DNA of 63,998 bases, filler included, from Intoshia linei (lineage: Eukaryota > Animalia > Orthonectida): the NCBI GenBank assembly GCA_001642005.1. It is 7 parts of 7 records of this genome, joined end to end, with 100 filler letters (N's around TTAATTAATTAA, not from the genome) between each part and the next. Parts side by side here need not be neighbours in the genome. Positions count along the whole stretch, not along the records: positions 37,122 to 44,274 come from LWCA01001590.1; positions 44,375 to 49,550 come from LWCA01001816.1; positions 49,651 to 52,343 come from LWCA01002243.1; positions 52,444 to 62,857 come from LWCA01001280.1; 3 more parts are not named here. The stretch is one strand, 5' to 3'. Under the pieces are notes generated by a model that saw nothing but the letters and a program-made list of their open reading frames with translations, was not told the DNA's origin and did not search any database. Of this stretch, positions 39,806 to 53,656 are shown piece after piece (position 1 is the stretch's first letter; every line of letters starts with the position of its first letter). The translations under genes were made by a program, and so were the position numbers.

Positions 39806-40189
39806 GTAAAAATACCATTTTAATGATACGGATCATCATTGTTAATAATATTGTTTATACAATTAATGCTTATTTACTCACAGTTATATTTGCTTGGTAC
39901 TTGTTCAGAATGAAATATTTTTATCAATATATTTTCATTTTAAATTAAAGTGATTTTCGTGTGAATGAAATTTTAACTTCATTTTTCAATAAAATATGAT
40001 ATATGCCATAATGGTGGGACCATTTAACATTTTTGGTCATATTTTTAAACTAACTTGGAAACGGGATAATAAGCTCATCTTTTCTAATTAATATTTGAAT
40101 AATTAATACTTTAAATTACTAATTATGTATTAATAATTAACGGAATCAGCATTTTATAAAAATATTTCATGTGAATTTTACCAATATTG

Positions 40190-41073
40190 CATAGGATTGT
40201 AATAAATATAAAAATGATAATAACAAAGTTGTATTACTTTTAGTAGTCGTTGTTGTTTTAATTTAAATTTCATTCGAAATGTTTGGAAAATGAGAATTTC
40301 AAATTTAAAAATTGCATAGCAATATAAAAAATTCCAAGGGAATCTATTATATAAATTTTCACCCATATTTCTTTATTAGAAATGTGTAGACGTTCAATGC
40401 ACATTTTTTTGAAATTGTAGATTTACACTTTCAATTTTTATTTTAATCGACAAATTTGAAAAATATTGGTTGATAATATATTAAATATTATTCTTCACCG
40501 GGAATGGATAGATTTTCGGGGTTGAAATTTTGTATTTATCAGAATAATTTTTTTTTTTAATTATTGGACGGTTAATTATTTCACATTTTATGTTTTAATA
40601 AAATATTTCGAATAAAAATATATGAATACTTAAATGCTTTTTTGAACGTGAAGTCGTCACTTATTCGGATTGAAATTTTCTTTGTGTGTTAAAAGGATAC
40701 AACTGTACCACCTGTAAATTTTTTTAAATTCTAGGGCTGTTTTCATTAAAAAAAGAAGGGTAATTTGTGGTTTTGGCCCTAAAGATATAATTTTTTTAAA
40801 TTTAAATTTATGATAATGTTTATGATTTTAAAATCCGTATCACGTATATATTTTTTTAAATTCTTCAAAACGTTTGATTTTCAAAAAGAGGGACAACAGA
40901 GGTTTTTGATCCGTAAGATGTGAAATTGGAAGCTTGAAATTTACCTTATTATATGTCCCGGAAAAAACTGTAATTGAAATGTGGACTTTATAAAATTCTA
41001 AGACTGGTAGTTATTTCAATAAACGATAACACACAGACAGACAAACAAACAAAGCATATTATATAAGTAAGGA
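40190..41073 (-). mobile_element. Helitron-like family copy (5' part)
   Basis: Minus-strand 5' end TCCTTACTTATATAA plus a GTTT/GTCT microsatellite; colinear with 7900-8581. Confidence 0.65.
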
Positions 41074-42156
41074 TGAAATTGTAAATACCTGTTGTAATTT
41101 CGTAATGTGAGGAAATATATTCAGTATCTGCGGTCGTTTTCATTTTAAATTTTTTTATTTAAAAACTTGGAAATATTTTGTGTTAGAATGTAAATATGCG
41201 TTTTTAATGGTGGAATATCAATTTTTGAGAATGAAATGTAAGATATGGTATCAGTTTTTCAAAACACTCAGAATGCGTATATAAAAAATCCCTGGATTTA
41301 ATCTATTCGTGTATGGTAAACTGATAGCGCAACAAACACATAAACAAATAGACACATTTAGTTGTATATATAGTAAGGATTTGTTCTTTAAATGAAATGT
41401 AACGAATTGGTATATAAGGAATCGTAACAGCCGAACAACTCATGGCAACCTAGAAATGAAAAATATGCCTCTAAGAAATTTTTTCACTATGCATAGTATC
41501 ATATACTCCTAACGACCTCTCTAATGATCTTCAATTGATATTTTAAATTTAACACACAAAATAGTTAGGTCATTCAAAAATTTTTTTAATGCTCAATTTG
41601 TAAAAATGAGTTCCGAAGAGGGGTGTCGGGTATGGTATGTTCTGCATTGAAAGGTAACATGTCAAAGATTCCTCCTAAATTTAAAAAAACTGCATACATG
41701 TATGAACTTGGGATTCCCAAGTTTATCTGATGAAACAGTATACAATGAATATCATCTTGTCGTCGGTCCTAATTCACAATCAGGCATCATATGCAATGCT
41801 GATTCACAGTTATATTATTTAGTATTTTTTTGAAAATAAACTCACTGCAGTGCACTGTCATTATTGTAAACCTCAAGCTTGAAAAATTATTGCAATGCAT
41901 CTTAAAACTAACAATTTTTTTTAATTTTAGCATGTACATATTAAATTTCAAATTTGTTGAGCATGTTTTTTGAAAATTAGATATAGTCATAAATCTCATG
42001 CAAATTAATACACATGTTAAAATTCCGTACTTGTTTTAAAGTATGAAATAATTAAACTCAATGTGGATAAAATTTTATTGAACTAGGGTTAATTAATTAA
42101 TTATTAAAATTGAGAATATGAAAATTTCATCTGTTCATTTTTCATTTTAAATTAAA

Positions 42157-44090
42157 ATGTCGGAAAATTTATCGGCTAAAATAACATTTATTGCACAAAA
42201 ACAATTACAACATACTAGAAGATATCAGATATTGATATTTGTAATTATCGGTATATATGATTGTCTACCTTCAAATTCACACATGAACGAAATTACTTTT
42301 GTAGGATTCACACCTAAGCACCGATGTGCCATAAATTTAAACGACACTAGTTACTATTCAGTTTATTATAATGAAACGTATGCCAAAAATTCTACGTTGA
42401 ATTATAAATGTTCAATTATTAATGAAAATTTTACCTTATCCGAATGTAAATATGGATATGTATACGAAAAAGAACCTATAAAAACTTCAATTACAACAGA
42501 GTGGGATTTAGTATGCAGACACAATATTTTACCTGAAGTTTCTCAGGCAATTTTTAACGTTGGCGTAATGATTGGTGCAATTACATTTGGATTTTTAGCT
42601 GATAAATATGGCAGGAGACGGGTTTTCATTTCCTGTATTATTGCACAATCTTTTATTGGTACTTGTGTATCTTTTGTTACAAAATATTGGCAATTTGTCG
42701 TTCTGAGAGTATTTGTAGGATGCTTGGAACAGGGAGTAATAATTTTCTTTAATTATTAATCTTAATTACATTGATAATTATCAAAGTTTTAAATCTTATT
42801 GTAATGTATTCTTTAGATAAACATCATCGGATTTATTTTGGCAGTTGAATTATTTATGGCAAAAGAACGAACCTTTTTTGCATCCTCTTATGCTCAATTT
42901 TGGGCTATAGGAGGAATGTATTTATCGCTATTATCTTACGTGTTCAGAGATTGGCGGCTATTGCAATTGGCAATTTCTTGTCCGTGGATTTCTGCTATTA
43001 TTTTAATTTGGATATTACCAGAATCGCTAATATGGTTAGTTTCCAAAAATAAACTCAAAGAAGCAGATAAAGTTTTGCAAGTATCTGTCCGTTTATATCG
43101 TAATTATTCACTGGAAAAAAACTATTTACAACATTTTCAACATAATGAATCTACTCGTTCAAACTGTTCAGTTGATAATAATTTGGTCAAGACTAAAGAA
43201 TGTGGTCAAAACATTTTTCATCTCTTCAAAACTCGGAATATTCGAAAGATTACCATTTGTGTTTGTGTAATATGGTTTTTCAATGTTGTTACATATTATG
43301 GTTGGTCGTTTCACACTCCAAACCTTTATGGAAATGTATATCTCAATTTTTTTATTAGTCATGTAGTTGAAGCTATTTCCTATTTTCTCACAATGATACT
43401 AATTTCTCGATTTGGAAGAATAAAAATATTAGTAATTTTTCATATTGTCGCCGGTGTTACTTGCATAGTTGGCGTTTTTATACCTGAAACCATGTACAAT
43501 TTCGATCTTCAATGGTTACAAATCGTATTTATTATGATTGCAAAATTGGGGTTCAGCATTACTGGAGCAATTATTTACATGTATGGCCCAGAAATATTTC
43601 CAACCTGTCTTAGAACTACTGGTAATTCTTTAAGGATATATGGGTATATAAGGATACATTTAGTTTGTAACATTATGAGCGGTAAGTTTGTTTTTATGAA
43701 TCAAGAAATCCTTACTTATATAAAAATTAAATTTTTGCATGTTTGTGTCACCATTTATTGAAAAAAATGATAGTCTCAGAAATTAAAAATTGAAATGTTA
43801 CAAATTATAATTATAGATTAGTTTTTATCAACTCAAAAGTCTAATAAAATTCAATCTAAGAAATTTGCATCTTGACGGTCAAAAATGCTATTGATATTTT
43901 TTTATTTATATTAGCCATTATTTTGAAAGATAAAAAAATTTTAAAACTAAAAAAAATATACGACAATATTCCATGAGGCGCTTTTTACAAAAATTAAATT
44001 TGCACAATATAGGTAACGGGTCAGCTTGATTTTTAATAAATTGGAAGCATATTGCGTCCATTCAGCTACTAATTTAAATAAAAATATACG
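42157..44090 (+). CDS. SLC22 / organic cation transporter-like MFS protein, copy 2 (third exon degenerate; possible pseudogene)
   Basis: Exons 42157-42735 and 42817-43621 have the same intron positions as copy 1. The remnant at 44013-44090 reads GNGSA*...IGSILRPFSY*. Confidence 0.8.
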
Positions 44091-44688
44091 TAACACAATA
44101 CACAACTAGGTCTGGAAATCGATATAAATTTTAAAAAAAATTTATAACAGTAAATCCTTACTTATATTAAGTAATTTAGTTAAAAATGTATGTATGTTTG
44201 TTTGTCTGTCTGTTCAAGTTTATTTAATATATTAGGTCGTTTCATAAGTAATGTCGTTTTTTTAACAAAATTAANNNNNNNNNNNNNNNNNNNNNNNNNN
44301 NNNNNNNNNNNNNNNNNNTTAATTAATTAANNNNNNNNNNNNNNNNNNNNNNNNNNNNNNNNNNNNNNNNNNNNATAATAATTATATATATATTATATAT
44401 ATAATAATATAATTAATAAAATCCGCATCAGCGTATATATTTTTTTAAATTCTCAAACTCGTTTTATTTTCCAAAAAAGGACAATTGGTGTTTTTGACCC
44501 GTAAAATGTGAGTTTGGGAGGTTGAAATTTATCTTATTATCACTACCGGAAAAAACTGTAATTGAAATGTGATCTTTAAAAAATTCTAAGAGTGCTAGTT
44601 ATTTCAAAAAAGTAACACACACACACAGACACACAAACAAAAATCGCGTCGCATTTTATATAAGTTAGGATATTAAGTTAGAAATTAC

Positions 44689-47600
44689 ATTTTTAGTGCA
44701 CGGATATCTAAACAAATTAATATATCCCTTCGCGTCCCCAACTGTACACAATTCACTATTCGTATTACAAACAGTGAATTGAGTTTCTTTAGCTCGCTTG
44801 CTCGTCCAAATACCTAAATAAAAAAGACGACTAGAAAAATATTTCTCAATTATAAGTACATAATACTTATCAACACAATTAAGCAACAATAATATTTTAC
44901 CATAAACGGAATAGTTCAATAAAGAATCATTAGTATTCCAAATTATATTTCGCAGTAGTTTATGATAATTTTGTTTGATTTCAATTTTTTTAGCAAGCGA
45001 CCCTATTAAACCTGTTTAAATTTAAATTTTCGAAATTAAAATTAGCTGTTAGAAAATATTAATTATTTTCATGTCAACAATAAGAGGTTTTGGGTAAATC
45101 ACAAAGTAAAAGTATTACAGTAAAATGACTCCATATTGGTTGATATAGAATTTATTATATAGCCATATTCGTCATGTGGTGTCTCTGACCATCGCAAACT
45201 AGCGATGCGTGAAGAGTGTCCCTAAAAATATATACTACACATATGTACATAAATCAATTTTACTTGAAATTCAACATCATATGTACATTTTGGGTAGAAA
45301 TCACGAAATGTTATACAAATTACAAATAACCTTGTGAATTCGTCTGATAATGCTAGTACAATGTTTTCATTTCCTAAATGGTTAGTATCACTATAAATAA
45401 AACAATGACTCAAATTATAATTTTATCCAAAAAATTCTTGTGTAAATTTAAGTTATATCCGTAAAATAAATTTTATCCATAGTATAAATTCTTACTGTCC
45501 AAATCAAAATCATTGCCAGACATTAACATTATATTGTTTTGTGATATGTCAATTTCCAGCATTGGTATCATCATATTTTCATTGTCAACATCAAACTTAA
45601 ACAGCGATATTTTCCCTGAATAAGAAATTATGATAGTACTAATTTTCTGAACAATGTAAAAACATGTAATGCAAATGTTCTAAACAGTTTTTTATATTTA
45701 TAAATACAATTATAATAATAATAATATAAAAGTAATTATATAATATTTAAATGTGTTAATATTATTATTATAACGATAATTAGTTTAACGCATAAATAAT
45801 GCATATTATGCAGTGCATAATCATTATATTGATTTGTCTGTCATCGTTTCATTAATATAATAATTTTTATTTTAATAATTGGTATCCGATAATAATTTTT
45901 TCGTTATAAACAATACCTTAAATACGTGAGACCAAAATACTTGATGAAATCCAATGTCGTATAATCTTACAAATCCATCATAACCAGATACACACATGTA
46001 TTGTTTTTCAAGTAATGTTACCCAGTTTATACAACTAATTTCGTCACTGTGGCCCTAAAAAAAATAATTAATTCCTTTTTGATTTTGAATGATTATGCAA
46101 ATTGAAAATATTATAATATTTTTTATATTTATAAATATAAAGTTTAGATTATAATTCAGTGTTTCGCAATTTTTTTTATGCAAGCCACTGAAAATATTTT
46201 TTACTGTACCACATTAAATTTTGTTTTGGTAAAATTATTACCCGTAACAACAAGTAATTCAACTTCAAATCATTTAGATCAGGGTAAGGCAATTTCACAT
46301 ATAAGACCAAATTTCAATAATTTGAAATTGATAGGTGGAACAATCAAATTAAAACACATATGGCTAATAGCCATTGGCTATACAATGGCTATATCCTAAC
46401 TTATATAATGTGCTACGCGATTTTTGTTTGTGTGTGTCTGTGTGTGTTACGCTTTATTTAAATAACTACCCGTCTTAGAATTTTATAAAGCTCACATTTC
46501 AATTACAGTTTTTTCCGAGACTTATAATAAGATAAATTCTAACCTCCCAATTTTCCATCTTACGGCTCAAAGACCACCATTGTCCATCTTTTTGAAAAAT
46601 AAACAAATTGGAGAATTTAAAAAAATATATACGCTGATATGGATTTTAAAATCATAAACATTATCATAATTTTAAATGCTGATGCGGATTTTAAAATCAT
46701 AAACATTATCATAAATTTAAATTTAAAAAAATACACTGATGCGGATTTTAAAATCATAAACATTATCATAAATTTAAATTTAAAAAAATTATATTTTCAG
46801 GGCTAAAAGAATGTGGATTTTGTCAATATTTTAAAAGATTGGTGAGCCGAGGAAAGATTTTGGTTTTCAGGTCTAAAAATTTTAGTAAAATTAAATAAAT
46901 TGGTGAGTAATTTCTTAGTATCAATCTCTGTCAATATTTTTCAATCAAAAATATCGAAAATCTGGACAACCTATATAATTTTAATGTTTTAATGTCACGA
47001 AAAGTGAATATAAATAGGAAAACAAAAATATAAACCATTGTGACAACATTTGATAAAGAACAGCCATTTAAAGGACATCTTATGACTTGTGGATCAAACT
47101 GCAACAAAAATATGGAACCGTCAACGGTGCCAACAATTAAATATCTACTTGATGTGTTTAAGACTCTTATCGCTGTTTCCGTATCTGGTAACTAAATTTA
47201 AAATAAAAAGAAACAATAATCTTACATGGAATTTAGAATTTAATGGCATATTTTTTGATATTGAATAACAATGAACTACTCCATCTCTACCTATACTTCA
47301 TGATTAAATATATTTTTTACTTGGATTAATCAAGTTTATCCATTAACAAGTATAGTTTATGTTGTTTAAAACATAATTAGATTAATTACAATTATCTATT
47401 AAAATAATAAAATATTACCACCTGAAAATAGATTCTTGTTTGAAACCGTCAAAGCCAAAATTGAACCCTATTTACAAATAATATATACAAAATTTATTAA
47501 TTATTGTCGTGTCGGCATACAACGACCATCGTGAGACGATGACTTTTTAAAATTATATCAAAAATTTAATTCTCTCTCCTCTCTCTTTCATACACTCTCT

Positions 47601-49019
47601 GCTTCTCTCTACAAACCGATCTCATCATCTAAGCAATTTTTTATTTTTTTTATTCTTTACATGGAACTGTTTAATCTCATTCAAAACTAAAAAGGATGTT
47701 AGGGATAATTTTATCATCCTTTAAAAGATTTTAAAGTATTTTCTATTACCAAATTCAATGGTTCTTCTCTATAATCTTAATTACGGGACACTAGCACAGT
47801 GCAACATTTTTGAAACATTGCAATGAATAGAACAATTTATAGTCTATTTTGTAGCTGCCAATATTGCGCTAACGGTGACATTTTTCATTATATCTGATTC
47901 GTTCAAAATCCTAATATATAAGGATTATAACGTAGCATATTTTACCACATTTATAGTAAAGTTATTTTCACTGCCTTCTTATAACTTGATTTTTACCCTT
48001 CCAATTATTTCAATTATTTTTTTCTAATTATCTTGCTTAAAATTTTTTATTGATATTTTTATTGATATATTATTGATAAAATGTGTTTATTGGATACTTC
48101 GGTTAAATATACTGTAAAGAAAAATCAAAAAAATAGATAAAATTTTAGAAATTAGGGGTGAGGATGCAGCGTTTTTTTTATAAATATTGATTTTTTTAAA
48201 AAATAAAAGAATAAAGTGGAGTGAAGCAAGACTTTTTCATATACTTTTTTATGTACTATATAATAACTGGAAAGTGCCGATTTTAGTATATATTAAAATA
48301 TATCATAGTCCGATCCAGATTTTTCTTAAGTAAACTTTAGAAGAAACTATTTTTTTGGAATCAAAATTACAAATTATAAATAAACATTTTAATCATGATA
48401 GATGGGTATTTTTCGAGAATGGTGCTTCTAAAAAGTTCATATTACTTTTTTTCATTAAAATGTATTTAAAACGTAATTAACTGAATTTCATTATGACACA
48501 CTCAAATTTTCACAGTGAAAATAAATTTTAGAATTTTTATATTTGACTAATATTACAAAAACCCCTTGTTATGGAAAAAACGCCCTGTGAAATTTAAATA
48601 TTATATTTTTTTACTTCAAATTTGGTATATGTCTTAGTGGGTCGTACATTAATCGTATTTATGTTTAAAATAAAATCATTGGTGGAAATTAAGAAAAAGC
48701 GGAAAAAGTGTACGAAAACCTTAAAAAGGAAAACCGCTTAATGTTTTTATGGTGAATTTTTCTAAAAATATATTTTTTAGGGGTTTTTAAGTACCCTATT
48801 CAGCGTGTTATAGGCTATTTTAAACAACAAATCAATTTTTGTAAAAAACGAACAGCCCTCATACATATATATATATAAATTTACCTTATGAGCGTGTTTC
48901 TTAATATTTATCATTTTGTAATTGTGGTCCCAAATATAAATTGTTCCGTTAGAATCACCCGTTATAACTGATCGGTACAATACAACTACAGAGCATGTAT
49001 AAAGTGCTTTCAGGTGAGT
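44689..49019 (-). CDS. Echinoderm microtubule-associated protein-like (EML) WD40 protein, partial, bounded by gaps
   Basis: At least nine exons: VITGDSNGTIYIW..HAHK, GSILAL..LFSGGRDG, LIVGTVDGSI, GHSDEI..SGYDGFVRLYD, GHSSRIASLRWS, YGIW, VGDAKGYINLFRYPC. The motifs are in the order of the EML TAPE domain. Confidence 0.8.
46394..46810 (+). mobile_element. Helitron-like family 5' fragment ending in three tandem ~45-58-bp repeats
   Basis: A|TCCTAACTTATATAA start; gctgatgcggattttaaaatcataaacattatcataa occurs three times. Confidence 0.65.
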
Positions 49020-49650
49020 CTAATATATTTATATTAGACTATGCGATATATTATTTACGTATTAATGATATATACTTTATGAATATTAATATATTACATT
49101 CATATACATGTAATTATAATTAAAAAAAATTATTTTTCGAACAAATTTATTACGAAATAGTTTTTTTCAAATAAAAATAATCTCATTAACCGGAATTTAT
49201 GAAATTTTTTATAATTGTAAAATTATTTCAACATTTGTGCATATATAAATCAGTGATTCTCAACCTTTTTCACCGCAGCGCCCTAGCAGCGTCATAAAAA
49301 TAATCTACCGACTTTAATATATTTTTGTTAATATATCATATATTATTATTTACATGTAATTTATTATTATTAAAATTTATTATTACGTTAAAATATAAAT
49401 ATACATTTATAATAAAATATAAAATTTGGTTTAACATCAAAATGGACACTACGCTTACGTTAAAAATTACAGTATATTATACAACTAATTATAAATTAAA
49501 AGTATAATAAAAATTTATAAAAAATAAAATAATAAATTTTTAACAGTTGGNNNNNNNNNNNNNNNNNNNNNNNNNNNNNNNNNNNNNNNNNNNNTTAATT
49601 AATTAANNNNNNNNNNNNNNNNNNNNNNNNNNNNNNNNNNNNNNNNNNNN

Positions 49651-50438
49651 AAATTTCAGAAAAATATACAGAAATTCAGAAACAGGTAAATATATAATAA
49701 GAATGATTGAATTTTATTAGTTTGTTTCATGGAAAAATAAATATATAATAGATCTGGTGCCTATAATATTCCAAAACGTTTTTAAGAATTTGTAGAGATG
49801 AAAAATTTGACAACTATTTATCTAATATGACAATAAATAATAAGCGTTTAATAATTTTTTACTGATCGATCACAAGAAATATGATTTGTTCCATTTATTA
49901 TGGTACGTAAATAATATATTTATATTAGATGACATTATTAACATCAAAATATAACATGTTAAAAATGGAAAAAGAAAATGTTGACAACAAACTAAATTTA
50001 AGAGAAAATAATAGCTATACAAATCAAGAAAAAATGAAAGCAGAGGTATTACTATAAAATATATAATTATAACTTATAACTTATAAGCACATAAAAACTA
50101 TCAATGTAAATTCATAATTATAAAATCCTACTACTCGTTTTTATTAAATATTACAACAAATTAAAATTTCCCGAAATTTTGTCCAAATTGGTAAGTAATA
50201 AAAATTTTCACATTCAGTACTTATATAAAATTGAACGTGTGTCTACCGTTTAATGAAAAAATTAATCTTAGAATCTAAAAAATTTCTACACAAAAATGTA
50301 TAAAGAGACACGGTATGTATTTTAATGGATATTATATATTTAAAAAAAGTTTCTAATGCGTTTATTTAGCTGGATGCATGCTATTCGAAAATTGATTACG
50401 TTACTCAAAATTGCAATGAACTGGACAAAAAGCTATAT
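49651..50438 (+). CDS. Partial gene for a coiled-coil protein (three phase-0 exons)
   Basis: Exons ..49685, 49929-50045 and 50370-50438: ISEKYTEIQKQ|MTLLTSKYNMLKMEKENVDNKLNLRENNSYTNQEKMKAE|LDACYSKIDYVTQNCNELDKKLY. Confidence 0.5.
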
Positions 50439-50745
50439 GTATAATTTTGGTATTTTGTAATAATAATTGGAATAACATAATTCATAATTAAATAATAAAT
50501 TCATAATATAAAAAATTCTTTAATATTTTTTATTTACAATTTTATTTGATAAATCTTCTTTTTTGATATATTAGAATATTTTATTTTGATTTTTGTTGGA
50601 GATAAACTTGTCACATTTTGGAATCACAGGCATAAATGTCAATTAGACCAGATGGGGAGATCCTTTATGTCATTATTTTTATTTTATCAATTAAATTTAA
50701 ATATTCCGATAACTCTGAATGTGTTAGAATCTTTTTATATTGGTA

Positions 50746-51916
50746 CTAAGTTGACTGTTATGTACTACGTACACACAGCACCTAGCTTAGCCGAAGGCAC
50801 ATTTTTATTCTATTAAAAAAATAAATTCACGTTGAAAATTTAACTAAAAAATTCTACTATTCACTATTATATATCCTTTAAATAAATGGTTTCCAAACTT
50901 GTTTCAGGTGGAACCGTCATATATTACTTTTTACTTTAAAGTAAATTATTTCATCTTAATTTTGTTTTGTTAACATTTGCGTAAAGAATTTTAAACANNN
51001 NNCTAGCTCAGCCGAAGGCACATTTTTATTCTACTAAAAAAATAAATTCACGTGGAAAATTTAACTAAAAAATCCTACTATTCACTATTATCCATTTTTT
51101 AAATAAGTGGTTTCCAAACTTGTTTCAGGTGGAACCGTCATATATTACTTTTTACTTTAAAGTGAATTATTTCATTTTAATTTTGTTTTGTTAACATTTG
51201 CGTAAAGAATTTTAAACACAATTGTTATCCCATTTTTTTAATTTATTAAACAGAATGTGTGTATACAATATTAAAAATAAAGTAGAAACATTCCAATCCT
51301 ACAAATTGTTATAAATAGCATAAATTTCAAAATTAATAAAATTATAAAAACCTATTTTGTCATTTTCCATTTGATAATATATATTCAGATTGAAATTTTT
51401 TGTGAGTGTTAACAGGATAAAACTGTACCATCCGTAAAATTTTTAAATTATGAGGCTGTTTTCATTAAAAAAAAAAGGGTAATTTAGGGTTTTGGCCTGA
51501 ATATCTATTTTTTTAAATTTAAATTTATGATAATATTTATGATTTTAAAATCCGTATCAGAGTATATATTTTTAATTATGGGGCTGTTTTCATTAAAAAA
51601 AAAAGGGTAATTTGTGGTTTTGGCCTGAATATCTATTTTTTTAAATTTAAATTTATGATAATATTTATGATTTTAAAATCCGTATCAGAGTATATATTTT
51701 TTAATATTCTCGAACTCGATTTTCAAAAAAAAGGACAATTGGGTTTTTTGACCCGTAAGATGTAAATTTGGGAGGTTGAAATTTATTTTGCTAACAACCG
51801 GACAAAACTGTAATTGAAGTATAGACTTTAGGAAATTCTAAGACTGGTAGTTATTGAAATAAACAGTAACCCACACACACAAACAAATATTGCATATCAT
51901 ATTATATAAGTAAGGA
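50746..51916 (-). mobile_element. Non-autonomous Helitron-like element, near full length
   Basis: Both termini present on the minus strand; internal ~128-bp tandem duplication at about 51455-51700. Confidence 0.7.
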
Positions 51917-53656
51917 TAATTCTTGATATAATGAATTTTTGTTAACGGAATTTTTGGTTAGTCAAAATTTTTAAATTCTGTTAAATACGGCTTAGATCAG
52001 TGATTCCTGTTAAAAATATGTAGGTATTTACCAACGAGTAGGTAATTTGATATTTTTCATGGGTAATCGCAAAATTTGTTCTAAAAATTAGAAATTTGAT
52101 TATTATTTTGCGTCACATAATATAGCGTAGTAACGTATTAAATATAATTTTACCCATTGAATTTTTCGGGTCAAAAACACAATTTCCCCTTTATTTTATT
52201 ATTTTATAATATTATTTTTTTAAAAAATACATATGGCTTATTCTAAAACCCTGACCATCCAAAATGCAGTAAAACAATATAGTGGGTATTATCAAAATAA
52301 GTACTATAATATGGGTAATGTAGTAAAAAAGGTTGGGAAACACNNNNNNNNNNNNNNNNNNNNNNNNNNNNNNNNNNNNNNNNNNNNTTAATTAATTAAN
52401 NNNNNNNNNNNNNNNNNNNNNNNNNNNNNNNNNNNNNNNNNNNAAATACTCTAGTGATGGATTTTTTTCGTTGCCCCAAAATTTATCTGTGGACCCCCAA
52501 ACATTTACTGTACCACTGACCACTAAAGGGTCAACATGGACCCCTTGAGAACCACTGATCTATCGCATAGGATTTTACAATATCACAATATGTATTGGTA
52601 TTATCCATCAATCGCAAGAATACGTGCGATGGGTCATCAGCGTTAAATTGACATTTTAAATTTAATACACAAAATAGTTATGATATTCAAAGAATATATT
52701 TTTTAATACTCAATTTGGAAAATTGATGGCCAATTTTACAAAATTTCGTTGAGCGCTCCTATTCGGGTGTATGATTGTGGTACTATGCGTCACATAGTAT
52801 TTGGTATAAAATATGTTGATAAAGTGTTAGTCAATATTGTCCCTTTGGATTTAGTTACTATCCCATTGTTTGTAAATACATTTTTATCATCATTCGATGT
52901 GAATTTTAACTATAGTGAAATAGTTTAATACAGCGGTATAGAGTCGCTGAAAATTGTATATACAATTGCTGTATTACAACATTATATTATTGCGTGCTAC
53001 TTGGTAATTCTATTCACTCGATCAATTTTTTTAGTAATAAAGCAAATAAAATGTCCAACAGCCTTAATACCTTCCTGGGAGCGTGTGATAGGCGCATAAT
53101 TTTATATTTTGTCATCATTGTCCTATTCCCAACTTAGGCGTTACTAGTCAACTTATTGTGATCATAGAACCATACACCAATTACACCATACATTTATAGT
53201 TTGAATTTAAGCAACATATTAAATTTAGCAATGACTGCACTCTATTAAGAGCAATAGGTAAAAGGTTATGAGATCATTATACATTAAAAGTTCATACACA
53301 TAGTGATTAAAAAAAGCTAGATTCTATAATGTTACAATCCTACAAGTAATAAAATGCGTATTCTGATGAATATAGCCAATATACTTGATTAGAATTGGAG
53401 CTGTACATTCTCAGTACAATATGAATTTAGAATACCAATATTAAAATTGCATCTACAACATAGATCATACATTTCTAGAGTAGAATATAATTAAAAATAG
53501 TACGTGTGAATTGTCCTGAATATAGTTTATCGTATTTTTTAATTTTGTATATTTAAAAACCAATTTAATATAAAATGAAATTACATTTATATAGGGCACT
53601 TATGGTGATATATTCTAAATTTATTTAACTAACATAAACCTTCAAACACGTGTAAA

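Noticed and set aside
41640-42000. Possible transposase remnant or missing SLC22 exon between the two transporter copies
   Set aside because: No TM11-12/PET motif on the plus strand and no diagnostic transposase motif that I could confirm.
46630-46790. Regularly spaced direct repeats (also 56400-56700) resembling a CRISPR array
   Set aside because: Contiguous tandem duplications inside TEs, with no unique spacers, in a eukaryotic context.
50782-51218. ~215-bp direct duplication across a 5-N gap
   Set aside because: Most likely overlapping contig ends or haplotypes left unmerged.
52860-53500. Coding-like composition on the minus strand upstream of AASDH
   Set aside because: Stops in all frames and no recognisable motif.
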